The translations under genes and the position numbers were made by a program. The notes beneath the pieces are model-generated. The model was given only the letters and a program-made list of their open reading frames with translations, ran no database searches and was not told the DNA's origin. From an uncultured Solibacteraceae bacterium (lineage in GTDB: Bacteria > Acidobacteriota > Terriglobia > Bryobacterales > Bryobacteraceae), in the NCBI GenBank assembly GCA_964471915.1, contig CAYYID010000007.1, forward strand, positions 35,567 through 99,566: 64,000 nt of DNA, in the 5' to 3' direction. Below are positions 1 through 10,227 of this stretch, piece after piece; positions within the stretch are counted from its first letter, which is position 1; the number at the start of each line of letters is the position of its first letter.

Positions 1-1
1 G

Positions 2-1627
2 ATGATGTTCTCGGCGATCGGCCTGGTGCTGCTGCTGGCCTGCGTTAACATCGCGAACCTGCTGCTGGCGCGCAGCGGCGCGCGGCAGCGGGAGATTGCG
101 ATCCGGATGTCGCTAGGGGCTTCGCGGGGTCGCCTGCTGCGGCAGTTGATCACGGAGAGCCTGCTGCTGTCGCTGGCGGGTGGAGTGCTCGGGTTGGCGA
201 TCGCGCGGCCGCTGCTGCAGTTGATCATTGTCGTGGTGCCGACGTACCTGCTGCCGCCGGCGCAGAACATCGCCATCAACGGGATGGTGCTGGGGTTCAC
301 GTTCCTGGTGTCGCTGGCGACCGGGCTGCTATTCGGGCTGGCGCCGGCCTGGCTGAATTCGAAGCCGGTGCTGTCGGCGGAACTGAAGGATAGCGGGCGC
401 GGCACCACCGGAGGCCGGGCGCGCCGCAGCTTCCAGCAGATGCTGGTGGTGGGCGAGGTGGCAATCGCGCTGATGCTGCTGATGGGCGCGGGGCTGTTGC
501 TGGAGAGCCTGGCGAAGCTGTACGCGCTGGACCCCGGGATCCGGCCGGCGAACGCGCTCTCGATGCGGCTGTTCCTCACGCCGGGGCGGTACCCCGACGC
601 CCCAGCCATCCAGCGCGCCGTGGAGGATTTCGGCAGCCGGGTGCGGCGCTTGCCGGGGGTGGAGAACGTCGGGCTGACCAGCGATCTGCCGCTGCGCCGT
701 CTGCAATTACAGGTGCCGTTCGAGACGGAGGGGATGACCCCGAAGCCGCAGGCGGAGCGCCCGGGGGCGTACTTCGTCACCGTGGATCCGGGATTCGTGC
801 GCGCGGCGGGAGCGAAGCTCCGCGCGGGGCGCGACCTCAGCGAGCAGGACACCCGCACCGGGCCGCCCGTGGTGTTGATCAACGACGAGTTCGCGCGCAA
901 GCATTTCACGGGCGCCAACCCGGTGGGACGGCGGCTGCGGTTGAACCGGCCGCTGCTGGGGGCCACCGGGTTCGAGGACGACGTGCTGGCCGAAGTGGTG
1001 GGGCAGATCGCGAACATCCAGCAATCTGAACCGTCACAGCCGCCCGAGCCGGTGATCTACGCGCCGTTCGCGCAGAACGCCTGGTCGCAGACGGCGTACC
1101 TGATCGTGCGCAGCCCGAACCAGGCGGCGGGCCTGGCGGCGGCGGTGCGGGCGGAGATCCAGTCGGCGGACCGGGACCAGCCGGTGGACCGCGTGCTGAC
1201 TCTCGCGTCGATCGCGAACGAGAACTACTCGGCCTCGCGGTTCCGCACGCAGTTATTGGGGCTGTTCGCGGCGCTGGCGCTGGCGCTGGCGGTGCTGGGA
1301 ATCTATAGCGTGAACGCGCACGCGGTGGCGCAGCGGACGCATGAACTCGGGGTCCGGATGGCGCTGGGCGCGACGCCCGCGGACGTCGTCCGGCTGACCG
1401 TCGGGGCCGGCATGCGCACCGCGGGACTCGGGCTGATTCTGGGGGCGGCGGGCGCACTGTCTCTGACAACGGTGCTCCGCACCATGCTCTACGCGGCGGA
1501 TCCCTTGAGCCTGCCGCTGCTCGGCATCGTGTCGTTGCTGCTGGCGGCGATCTCGCTGGTGGCCTGCTGGCTGCCGGCGATCCGCGCCAGCCGCATCGAT
1601 CCCGTACGCACGTTGCGCCAGGACTGA
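2..1627 (+). CDS. ABC transporter permease, MacB/FtsX-like (ADOP-type duplicated permease), 5'-partial
   Basis: Multiple TM helices with a MacB-like periplasmic domain and a C-terminal FtsX domain ending ...RIDPVRTLRQD; GC3-rich; the ORF runs off the left edge. Confidence 0.85.
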   Translation: MMFSAIGLVLLLACVNIANLLLARSGARQREIAIRMSLGASRGRLLRQLITESLLLSLAGGVLGLAIARPLLQLIIVVVPTYLLPPAQNIAINGMVLGFTFLVSLATGLLFGLAPAWLNSKPVLSAELKDSGRGTTGGRARRSFQQMLVVGEVAIALMLLMGAGLLLESLAKLYALDPGIRPANALSMRLFLTPGRYPDAPAIQRAVEDFGSRVRRLPGVENVGLTSDLPLRRLQLQVPFETEGMTPKPQAERPGAYFVTVDPGFVRAAGAKLRAGRDLSEQDTRTGPPVVLINDEFARKHFTGANPVGRRLRLNRPLLGATGFEDDVLAEVVGQIANIQQSEPSQPPEPVIYAPFAQNAWSQTAYLIVRSPNQAAGLAAAVRAEIQSADRDQPVDRVLTLASIANENYSASRFRTQLLGLFAALALALAVLGIYSVNAHAVAQRTHELGVRMALGATPADVVRLTVGAGMRTAGLGLILGAAGALSLTTVLRTMLYAADPLSLPLLGIVSLLLAAISLVACWLPAIRASRIDPVRTLRQD

Positions 1628-1644
1628 GCCGCGCGGCCGGCCTC

Positions 1645-4600
1645 TTAGAAGGCCAGCCGCAGCGCGAACTGGATCTCCCGCGCCGGGTTGGTCGCGGTGA
1701 TGGTCCCGAAGGCTCCGCTGGAGCGGTTCCCGTTCGGGTTCGTCAGGTTGGTCTTATTCAAGGCGTTGAACCACTCGGTGCGGAACTCGAGCTGGAACCG
1801 CTCGGTGACGGAGAAGTCCTTGTGGAGGCCGAGGTTCAACTGGTGGAGCGCCGGGCCCCGGACGGTGTTGCGGCCCGCGTTGCCGAAGGGCCGCGAGGGG
1901 TCCGTGGGGATGGAGACGGCGGCCGGGTTCAGCCAGCGCTGGACGGAGCGCTGGCCCTCGGGAACCACCGGGTCGCCGGAGACGTTGGGCCGGTAGGTGG
2001 GCGCGCCGGACACCTGGAACTGCGAGGCCGGGCTGTAGCTGAGGTTTACGGTGGTGCCCGAGGTGGCGAAGTTGATCGCGGTAAACCGCCAGCCGCCGAA
2101 GGCGAAGTCGGCGGCACGATTCCAGCCGGCGCCGAACTTGCGGCCGCGGCCGAAGGGCAGGTCGTAGAGCAGCGTGGTGGTGTTGTTGAAGGGCTGGTCG
2201 TAGCCGGAGAGACCGCGTTCGTTGCGCAGATCCCGGATGTTCACGCGCGAGTTGTCGCCGTTCTGCGCCTCGAGGTGGCCGGAGGCGTTGTCAATGGCCT
2301 TCGACCAGGTGAACGAGTTCAGGAAGTACAGGCCGCGCGAGAAGCGCCGTTCGATTTTCGCCTGGAAGGCGTGATAGTTCAGGAAGCCCGCGCCGAAGGC
2401 AACCTGGATAAAGCCGAAGTTCGAGATGGGACGGCGGGATTGCAGCGATGCGTTCTCCGCGGGTCCATTGGGCCGCGCCTGGTTGAAGTCGCCCAGAATC
2501 AGGAGATTGACGCCGCGGGTGCCGACGTAGCCGAGGTCGAGCACCCAGTCTTTGATCAGTTCGCGCTGCACGGTGAAGTGCCAGCTCTGCACGTAGCCGG
2601 TGGGGTTGTCGAGCGGGATGTGGTTGGTCCGCACGGCGAGCGAGTTGATGTTGCGGATGTCGAGCAGCCCGTTCGGGAAGCCCTGCTCCAGTGGACGGAA
2701 GCAGGAGAAGGCGGCCTGGTTCACGCTGGTGCAGAGGGGAAGGCCGGAAGCGCCGGCGGTGGGCGCCAGTTGGTCCACCACCGGATTCAAGATGGTCGGC
2801 AGGTTGTAAGCGAGGATGTTCTCCCCGCCCATGCGGTTGAAGTGGATGTAGCTGATCCCGTACGCGGTGCGCACGACGGTCTTGGGAGTGACGGTCCAGG
2901 CCAGGCCGGCGCGGGGCGCGAAGTTGTTGCGGTCCGGCTTGACCAGCGCACGCTCGAACGTGTCGCCGTCCTTGGCGAAGATCAGGGCGTTCTTCGTGGG
3001 GTCGAAGTTCGAGAGGCGGTTGCGGTCCTCCCATTGCGGCGAGCCGTACTCGTAGCGGAGGCCGAGGTTCAAGGTCAGGTTACGCGACACCTTGAAGTCG
3101 TCCTGCAGGTACAGGAAGTGCATCCGCTGCCGGTAGTTGACGATGACGGCGTTATTGAGCTGGTATTGGCTGCGCGCGCCGAAGAGGAAGTCGGCAAGAA
3201 ACTGATTGTCGTTGTTCGCGCCGCCGGGAACGCGGCTGAACCGGCCGGAGTAGACGTCGTTGCCGTACTTGGGATTGAAGTCGTCGATGTCGGTGTTGAT
3301 CGATTGGTACTCGTAGCCGGCTTTCAGTGCGTGCCGGCCGAGGAGCTTCGCGTAGTTGACCTTCGGGTTCAGGACGAACGGGTTCTGAAACTGCGGATTG
3401 CTGGACTGGACGCCGAGCGCCGTGAAGCCGTTGATCGCCTGGCGCGACACGCCGCCCGTGAAGCGCTTGTCGTTCGGGATGTTCGGGATGCCGAAGCGGT
3501 CTCCGATGGTCGGGGTGCCCACGAAGAGCGGCGCTTTGCCGCCTTCGGTCTGGGAAATGCCGAGCCGGAACTCGAGCAGCGAAGTGGGCGAGACGGTGTA
3601 GGTCGCCCCCAGCGCGGTCTGCCAGTTGAGCACGCGGACACTGCCGTTCGAGTCGCCGCCGGACGGGCCCGGGATGGCGGGCGGCTCCAGGTTGTTCATC
3701 AGCCGGTGACTGTAGCGGCCGAAGACGTTGAGCTTGCTGCCGAAGTACTGGTCCACGCGGATGTCGCCTTTGTCGTACTGGTCGGTGCGGCGTGGCTGGC
3801 TCTCGAAGTTGTTGGCGCGGCCCGGGCGATTCGGGAGCGGCAGGTCCGCCAGCACTTCCCGCGCGAAACGGGTGATCTGATTCGCCGGGATGATCCCGTT
3901 GTCGAAGCGCTCGCCGGTGTAAGGGTTCTGCACCGGGACGCCCAGGATCCCGCGCCGCTCGTCGGCATTGGGCAGACTCGCGAACGTGATGCGCTTCGAT
4001 ACGCGGCGGAAGCCCTCGTAGTTGCCGAAGAAGAACGTCTTATCCTTGCGGATCGGCCCCCCGAAGGCGCCGCCGAACTGGTTCTGGATCAGCACCGGTT
4101 TCTCGTTGTTGACCGGCTTGAAGAACCCCGTCGCGTTGAGGGCCGTATTGCGCAGGTACTCCCACGCCGACCCGTGGAACTGGTTGGTGCCGCTGCGCAC
4201 CGCCGCGTTGATCACGGCCCCGCCGGCGCGGCCGTATTCGGCGCTGAAGTTGTTGGTCTCGATGCGGAACTCCTGCACCGCGTCGGGCGTGATCTGCACC
4301 ACCTGGTTCGAGAAGCCCTGGTTCGAAGTGCCGTAGGCGTTGTTGTCGACGCCGTCGATGATGAAGTTATTCTGCGAACTGCGCATGCCGTTCACGTTGA
4401 AGGAAGCGTCACGCGAATCCGCAATCCCCGCGCGGCGTACCCCAGGCGCGAGCAGCGCGAGATCCGCGTAGGCGCGGCCGTTTAGCGGGAGGTTCACTAC
4501 CTGCTGGGTGCCGATCACCGTGCTGCGGGAACTCGTGTCGGTTTCGAGCACCTGCACCGCGTCGGTGACGGTGATGCTCTCGCTGGTGGCGCCGACCTGC

Positions 4601-4905
4601 AGCGCCAGGTCGACACGCTGCCGGGCGTTCACCAGAACGTCGAAATCCTCCGCCACGCCGGTCTTGAATCCCGCCGCTTCCGCGGAGAGCTTGTACAGGC
4701 CCGGCCGCACGTTCAGGAACTGGTAGTCGCCCTGGTCGCCGGACTCGACGGACTGCTGCACACCCGTGCGGACCGCCGTGAGGGTAACCCGGCTGCCCTT
4801 GACGGCAAGCCCGGTAACGTCGCGGATGGTGCCCAGCACCACGGCCGTGTCGAACTGGGCCAGGAGTGCGAGCGGCGCCAGCAGCAGCGTAAGAATGCGT
4901 TTCAT
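1645..4905 (-). CDS. TonB-dependent receptor-like outer-membrane protein with N-terminal carboxypeptidase regulatory-like domain (Oar-like)
   Basis: Signal peptide MKRILTLLLAPLALLAQ; a CarbopepD_reg-like N-domain (GTIRDVTGLAVKGSRVTL...QGDYQF); 1086 aa of beta-barrel ending in the aromatic ...ALRLAF. Confidence 0.8.
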   Translation of the reverse strand: MKRILTLLLAPLALLAQFDTAVVLGTIRDVTGLAVKGSRVTLTAVRTGVQQSVESGDQGDYQFLNVRPGLYKLSAEAAGFKTGVAEDFDVLVNARQRVDLALQVGATSESITVTDAVQVLETDTSSRSTVIGTQQVVNLPLNGRAYADLALLAPGVRRAGIADSRDASFNVNGMRSSQNNFIIDGVDNNAYGTSNQGFSNQVVQITPDAVQEFRIETNNFSAEYGRAGGAVINAAVRSGTNQFHGSAWEYLRNTALNATGFFKPVNNEKPVLIQNQFGGAFGGPIRKDKTFFFGNYEGFRRVSKRITFASLPNADERRGILGVPVQNPYTGERFDNGIIPANQITRFAREVLADLPLPNRPGRANNFESQPRRTDQYDKGDIRVDQYFGSKLNVFGRYSHRLMNNLEPPAIPGPSGGDSNGSVRVLNWQTALGATYTVSPTSLLEFRLGISQTEGGKAPLFVGTPTIGDRFGIPNIPNDKRFTGGVSRQAINGFTALGVQSSNPQFQNPFVLNPKVNYAKLLGRHALKAGYEYQSINTDIDDFNPKYGNDVYSGRFSRVPGGANNDNQFLADFLFGARSQYQLNNAVIVNYRQRMHFLYLQDDFKVSRNLTLNLGLRYEYGSPQWEDRNRLSNFDPTKNALIFAKDGDTFERALVKPDRNNFAPRAGLAWTVTPKTVVRTAYGISYIHFNRMGGENILAYNLPTILNPVVDQLAPTAGASGLPLCTSVNQAAFSCFRPLEQGFPNGLLDIRNINSLAVRTNHIPLDNPTGYVQSWHFTVQRELIKDWVLDLGYVGTRGVNLLILGDFNQARPNGPAENASLQSRRPISNFGFIQVAFGAGFLNYHAFQAKIERRFSRGLYFLNSFTWSKAIDNASGHLEAQNGDNSRVNIRDLRNERGLSGYDQPFNNTTTLLYDLPFGRGRKFGAGWNRAADFAFGGWRFTAINFATSGTTVNLSYSPASQFQVSGAPTYRPNVSGDPVVPEGQRSVQRWLNPAAVSIPTDPSRPFGNAGRNTVRGPALHQLNLGLHKDFSVTERFQLEFRTEWFNALNKTNLTNPNGNRSSGAFGTITATNPAREIQFALRLAF

Positions 4906-5023
4906 GAATCCCCCAAGCGAACGAATCTTCCCGAGTATAGGAACCGAGCGTGAACGTTCCGTGGCGAACGAATGAAGGTTTCGTCATTTGCCACGCCAGC
5001 CCTCGGATTGGAACAATGAGCGA

Positions 5024-6667
5024 ATGAACACCTCCGCCGGCGCAGTGGCCGAGCCGCACTACGTGACCGGAGGGCATGTCCGGCTGACGCAACAGCAGTT
5101 GCTCGGAACGCTTGCGGGCCTGCTGCTCAGCCTGTTGCTGGCGGCGATCGACCAGACCATCGTGGGCACCGCCATGCCCCGCGTGATCACCGAGTTGAAC
5201 GGCTTCGACCGGTACCCCTGGGTGACCACCGCGTACCTGCTGACCTCGACGATCGCGGTGCCGGTGTTCGCCAAGTTGAGCGACCTCTACGGGCGCAAGT
5301 GGTTCTTCCTGGCCGGGTGCCTGTTGTTTACGATCACCTCCGGGCTCTGCGGGGCTTCGGGACAAATGACCTGGATGCCGATCGACGGCATGAACCAGTT
5401 GATCCTGTTCCGCGGGTTGCAGGGCGTGGGCGCGGGCATGATCGTGGGCCTGTTGTTCGCCATCATCGGCGACATCTTCGCGCCGCTCGAGCGCGGCAAG
5501 TATCAGGGACTGTTCGCCGCGGTGTGGGGCATGGCGTCGATCTTCGGGCCGACGCTCGGCGGCTGGATCACGGACTCGCTGTCGTGGCGCTGGACCTTCT
5601 ACGTGAACCTGCCCGTCGGCGTCGTCGCGGTGGCGGCCATCTGGTTCGCGTTCCCGGACTTTCACCCGCAGGGCGTCTCGCGCAAGATCGACTGGGGCGG
5701 CGTGATCACGCTGACCTTCGGCCTGGTGCCGCTGCTGCTCGCGCTCACCTGGGTGACCGAGCACGGCTGGACGGCGCCGCGCGTCTACGGCCTGCTGATC
5801 CTGGCCGCGGTGATGCTGGCGGCGTTCGTCGCCATTGAAGCGCGCGCCGCCGAGCCGCTGATCCCGCTGTCGATGTTCCGGATCCCGCTGATCGCCATCT
5901 GCTCGGTGGCGATGTTCGTCCTCGGCATGGGGATGTTCGGCGTCGTCGTGTTCTTGCCTCTGTTCATGCAGGGCGTGCTGGATGTTTCGGCCACGCGCTC
6001 CGGCACGTTGTTGACCCCGATGATGATGGCGGCGGTGGCCGGCTCGATCTTCGCGGGCCAGTACACGTCGCGGGTGGGGCGCTACAAGCCGCTCGCGGTC
6101 GGCGGCTCCGCGCTGGTGCTGGTAGGGATGATCCTGCTGGCGCTGATGAACGCGCAGACCACGAACTTCGAGGTGCTGCGCAACATGGTGCTGCTCGGGA
6201 TCGGCCTTGGGGTCATGCAGCCGGTGTACACGCTGGCGGTTCAGAACGCCGCGCCGCGGGAGCAGATGGGCGCGGCGACGGCGTCCACGCAGTTTTTCCG
6301 GTCGATCGGCTCCACGGTGGGCGTGGCGATCTTCGGCTCCGTGATGCTGTCCTTGTACAAGAGCGGGTTCGCGGCGTCCGCGCCGAAGGGACTGCCCGCC
6401 GCGGCGCTGAAACCCTTCGAGAACCCCCTGATCGTGGTGCAGATGCGGCCCCGGCTGGAGGAGGCCTTCGCGAAGTACCCGGGAGGAACGGAGGTGCTCG
6501 CGAAGCTGATCGAGAACATGCACAACGCGCTGGTGCATTCCCTCCAGGTGATCTTCTGGGTCGGCACCGGCGTCATGGTGCTGACGGTGCTGTTGAACCT
6601 GATGCTTAAGGAGATCCCGCTGCGCGGCTCGGCGGCCGTGCCGCCGAAGCCGGAGTACGTCGACTAA
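5024..6667 (+). CDS. MFS transporter, DHA2 (EmrB/QacA) family, 14 TMS
   Basis: LLSLLLAAIDQTIVGTAMPRV motif and roughly 14 hydrophobic segments. The ORF track opens at a TTG at 4988; the first ATG (MNTSAG...) is at 5024. Confidence 0.85.
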   Translation: MNTSAGAVAEPHYVTGGHVRLTQQQLLGTLAGLLLSLLLAAIDQTIVGTAMPRVITELNGFDRYPWVTTAYLLTSTIAVPVFAKLSDLYGRKWFFLAGCLLFTITSGLCGASGQMTWMPIDGMNQLILFRGLQGVGAGMIVGLLFAIIGDIFAPLERGKYQGLFAAVWGMASIFGPTLGGWITDSLSWRWTFYVNLPVGVVAVAAIWFAFPDFHPQGVSRKIDWGGVITLTFGLVPLLLALTWVTEHGWTAPRVYGLLILAAVMLAAFVAIEARAAEPLIPLSMFRIPLIAICSVAMFVLGMGMFGVVVFLPLFMQGVLDVSATRSGTLLTPMMMAAVAGSIFAGQYTSRVGRYKPLAVGGSALVLVGMILLALMNAQTTNFEVLRNMVLLGIGLGVMQPVYTLAVQNAAPREQMGAATASTQFFRSIGSTVGVAIFGSVMLSLYKSGFAASAPKGLPAAALKPFENPLIVVQMRPRLEEAFAKYPGGTEVLAKLIENMHNALVHSLQVIFWVGTGVMVLTVLLNLMLKEIPLRGSAAVPPKPEYVD

Positions 6668-9600
6668 TTCACGCGCTTCAGGTTGTCATCCGGCACGCGA
6701 TCGATCAGGAGGTGCAGCGGGTCGATTCCGGCCTTCTCGGGCGCCTCGGCGACCGAAAAGGTGAAGGTCCGGCGCCCGGTCTGCATCGCGATGCGTTCGC
6801 GGTGCAGCAGCTTGCCGTAGCGCTTGCCTTTCTCGGGCTTGGCGTAGGCCCCGATCTCGACCATGTCGTCCATCGGAACTTCGGTCTCGGCGCCTTTTTC
6901 GTCCGCCTTCATCTTCCGCGTTTCGACCTCGATGGTGACGTCGTAGCGCCCGTCGGCCCGCTTATTTGCGGACGCCGCGAGCGTGCGGTTCGAGAAGAGC
7001 GTGATCTCCTCGAAGTGGTCGCGGATCAGATAGCGCAGGTTCTCGGGTGTCTCCTCGCGCAGCAGATCCACCAAGTGGTGCGCGGTAGGATACGGCGCCG
7101 GCTGGTAGGCGAACTTCTCCACCAGCTTGCGGAGCGCGCGGTTCACCGCCTCCTCGCCGATCATCTCTTTCAGGTGGTACATCACCAGGCCGCCCTTTTG
7201 GTAATGAATGTAACCCTGCGCGCTCTCCACGCGCAGTAGCGGACGCTCCTTCAGGCGCTCCCCGCCGCGGGAGCGCAGGTACCGGTCGGCCTCGTATTCG
7301 AGGAACTTGTGCATCTGGTCGCGGCCGTATTCCTTCTCCATCACCATCAGCGCGGAGTACTCGGCGAGCGTCTCCGAGAGGAGCGTCGCGCCCTGCATCT
7401 CCGCGCCGATCACCTGATGCGCCCACCACTGGTGGCCCATCTCGTGGGCCACCACGAAGTAGACGTAGTCGATGGCATCCGGCCGCTCGAGATCGGCGAT
7501 GAAGCCGATCGCCTCCGAGTACGGCATGGTGCCGGGGAACGCCTGCGCGAAGCGCGCCACGCGCGGAAACTCGATGATCCGCGCCTGCTTGTGATAGTAC
7601 GGGCCGAAGTTCTTCGTGTAGTACTCGAGCGACTTGCGGATGCTCATGAGCATCTTCGGCACGTTCCAGGCGTGCTCCGGATGATAATAAACCTCGATCT
7701 TGATGCCGTTCCATTCCTCGCGGGCGACGGCGTAGCGCGCGGAAATGAACGAGAAGAAGTTCAGCGAGGGGTGGTCGAGCTTGTAGTGGAAGTGGCGGCG
7801 GCCGCCCTCGGTCCATTCCCGCAGCAGCGACCCGGGCGCGACGGCGATCTGGTCCAGCGACGTACTCATGTACGTCTCCACATCCACCCAATCCGAACTG
7901 CCGCCCACGTAAGTATTGCGGCAGTTCGCCGTGCAGTTCCGCTCCAGCGGCGGCATCAGGTCCTTCTCGGGAAGTCCGTACTCCTTGCGGCGGACCGGAT
8001 CGCTCAACTCCACCTGCGAGATGTAGCCGAGCTGCGGCAGCACCTCAATGCTGAAGAACGATCCGTTCTGCACCAGTTGCAGGCGTGAGACGTCGTTCTC
8101 AAAGCCGCGCGGTTCGGCTTTCGCGGTCAGCTTCAGAACCCGCTCTTCGCCCGGCGCCAGCGGCGGCGAGAGGCGATAACGCCGGTAGTTCAGCCGGCGG
8201 TCGTCCTGCTCCAGCGTGGCGCCGGGCAGTTCGATGGTGGAAACGTAGTCGGGGTTCACCGTGAAGTGGACCTCGGAGATCGGCTGGCTCTCGGTATTGC
8301 GGATCACCTGCTCCGCGCGCAGATCGAGGGCGCGGCGTTCGGGATACAGGGCGATGTCGAAGCGCAACCGCTGCACGCGGGGCAGCGGCAGCTTCTCGTA
8401 CTTCTTGTAGCTCTTCTCGTAATCCGCCGCGCGATTGCGGGCCTCCTTCGGGGACACGATGCGGTTCAGAGACATCGTGTTGTAGGCTGCCCACGCGGCC
8501 AGCGAGCCGAACAGCACCAGTCCCGCCAGCGCGGTCCACCGCAAGCCACCGCGCAACTGTTGTCCCGCCAGGCGCAGGCGGAAGCCCAGCGCTGTCTCCC
8601 GTCCGCGCGGCCACAGCAGCACCGTCGCCAGCATCAGCAGCCCGGCGCCGGCCAGCCAGTAGGCCGTGAACCACAACCACGATGGAAGGTACGGCGCGTA
8701 ACCGAAGAGGTCCGAGTAGTCGTAGCCGGGACGGGAGCCATAACGCACCAGCCGCGTCGCCACGTCCAGCGGCCGCCAGATGAAGTTGTTCGCGAGCAGG
8801 ACTACGACGAAGAAGAAGTAGCCGGCGTATTTGTTCGGGGAGAGCGCATGCACCAGGAAGGCGAGCACGGAGAGCAGGAAGAGCCAGGAGAACTGGAACG
8901 CGAAGAACTCCGAGAAGTACAGGCCCAACTGGAAGCGGTGGTAGCCGTTATAGAGTTGCAGCGCGATTCCGCAGGCCATGGCGATCAACTGGAGGATGGC
9001 CACGGCGCCCAGCAACGCCAGCAATTTGCCCGCGTAGCTCAGCCACCCGGGGTAGGGCAGCGCGTCCTGAATCTCCTCCATGTGGGCGTCGCGCTCGCGC
9101 CACACCGCGAGTCCGGCGAAGTAGGTGACGATGCCGATGAGGAACGCGAACAGGGTCCCCGTGATCACTTCCATCACCTGGTAGGTGACGGGCAGCGAGT
9201 GGATGCCGTAGCTCTCGGTGGCGCTGAAGAACAGCGTCGGCAGCACGTTGAGCATGGCCGCGACGCCAATGACGATGAAGCTGGTGGATTTCACCAGCGC
9301 CGCGAACTCCGTGCGCAGGATGCCGGCGAACTGGGCGGCGCGCCCGTGGTCGCGGCGGGCGGCGGGCAGCGCCGCGGCGGACGCCGGCCCGCGATCCTCC
9401 GGCTCGCTTTCCCGCTGCGTTTTGCTTCGCCGCTCCTCGAAGCGGAAGCGCCACAGGCCGAACGCAAACACGGCCGCTCCCACGGCGAGCCACAGCAGCC
9501 GGTTCCAGAGCAGCGAACCTTCCAGCCCCAGACTGAGGCGGTTCTTCTCCACTACCGTCCAGTACTTGGTCGCGACCAGGAAAGTGCGGACCCCGAACGG

Positions 9601-10227
9601 ATCCAACAGGACGGAGAGATCCTCGTTGCGCATGTCCGAGACGAGGGACTCCGAAACCGCGTAGGCCACGATCAGCAGGAGGCCGGACAGAAACGAAGTG
9701 ACGGTGCTGCGGGTGAGCGCCGCGACGGTGAAGATGATCGCGCCGACAAACAGGACGTTCGGCACCGCGAACACGACAATGCTCTTGGCGTGCGCGGCCC
9801 AATCGAGCGCGCCGAAGCGGTCCGGATTGGCCCAGGGCGCGAACGGCGCCGCCAGCACGCCCAGCGAGACGCCGAGCATCGGAATGGCGGCCACGGCGGC
9901 GGACCCCAGGAAGCGGCCGAACAGAAAGTCGCGGGTGCGGATGGGTTTAGCGAAGATGATCTGGGCGGTGTTGTGCGCGAAATCGCGCGACGCGGCGGAG
10001 TTCACGAACGCGACGGTCATCAGCAGCGTGAGGATACTCGAGATTGCGTAGAAATTCTGGATGGCGAAGGGCGCGTTGCGGTTCATGTTCTCGAGCGACG
10101 CCCCGAGGATCACGTTGTCCGACGAGGCCGCGCCCCACACCAGGGCGGCCATGATCAGCAGGAAGATCCAGACCATGAAGCCGCGCAGCCAGTAGCGGAT
10201 CTCGAAGCTCGCGATGGAGAGCAGCAT
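6664..10227 (-). CDS. ABC-2 type permease fused to M1-family (gluzincin) aminopeptidase domain
   Basis: About 550 aa of polytopic membrane domain at the N-terminus, followed by an M1 peptidase domain with VAHEMGHQWW (HEXXH) and a downstream Glu; the start codon directly abuts the stop of the upstream ABC ATPase. Confidence 0.8.
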   Translation of the reverse strand: MLLSIASFEIRYWLRGFMVWIFLLIMAALVWGAASSDNVILGASLENMNRNAPFAIQNFYAISSILTLLMTVAFVNSAASRDFAHNTAQIIFAKPIRTRDFLFGRFLGSAAVAAIPMLGVSLGVLAAPFAPWANPDRFGALDWAAHAKSIVVFAVPNVLFVGAIIFTVAALTRSTVTSFLSGLLLIVAYAVSESLVSDMRNEDLSVLLDPFGVRTFLVATKYWTVVEKNRLSLGLEGSLLWNRLLWLAVGAAVFAFGLWRFRFEERRSKTQRESEPEDRGPASAAALPAARRDHGRAAQFAGILRTEFAALVKSTSFIVIGVAAMLNVLPTLFFSATESYGIHSLPVTYQVMEVITGTLFAFLIGIVTYFAGLAVWRERDAHMEEIQDALPYPGWLSYAGKLLALLGAVAILQLIAMACGIALQLYNGYHRFQLGLYFSEFFAFQFSWLFLLSVLAFLVHALSPNKYAGYFFFVVVLLANNFIWRPLDVATRLVRYGSRPGYDYSDLFGYAPYLPSWLWFTAYWLAGAGLLMLATVLLWPRGRETALGFRLRLAGQQLRGGLRWTALAGLVLFGSLAAWAAYNTMSLNRIVSPKEARNRAADYEKSYKKYEKLPLPRVQRLRFDIALYPERRALDLRAEQVIRNTESQPISEVHFTVNPDYVSTIELPGATLEQDDRRLNYRRYRLSPPLAPGEERVLKLTAKAEPRGFENDVSRLQLVQNGSFFSIEVLPQLGYISQVELSDPVRRKEYGLPEKDLMPPLERNCTANCRNTYVGGSSDWVDVETYMSTSLDQIAVAPGSLLREWTEGGRRHFHYKLDHPSLNFFSFISARYAVAREEWNGIKIEVYYHPEHAWNVPKMLMSIRKSLEYYTKNFGPYYHKQARIIEFPRVARFAQAFPGTMPYSEAIGFIADLERPDAIDYVYFVVAHEMGHQWWAHQVIGAEMQGATLLSETLAEYSALMVMEKEYGRDQMHKFLEYEADRYLRSRGGERLKERPLLRVESAQGYIHYQKGGLVMYHLKEMIGEEAVNRALRKLVEKFAYQPAPYPTAHHLVDLLREETPENLRYLIRDHFEEITLFSNRTLAASANKRADGRYDVTIEVETRKMKADEKGAETEVPMDDMVEIGAYAKPEKGKRYGKLLHRERIAMQTGRRTFTFSVAEAPEKAGIDPLHLLIDRVPDDNLKRVN

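Noticed and set aside
1822-4485. 887-aa plus-strand ORF and many other long ORFs (4409-6538-, 8266-10902+, 11952-13349+, 37107-38444+, 39714-41705+, 42696-43997-, 44515-45708+, 49075-50586+, 50501-51622-, 52614-53816+, 57354-58280-)
   Set aside because: All are antisense or out of frame to well-supported genes and encode Arg/Ala/Gly/Pro-rich low-complexity polypeptides typical of spurious ORFs in high-GC DNA; no motifs were found.
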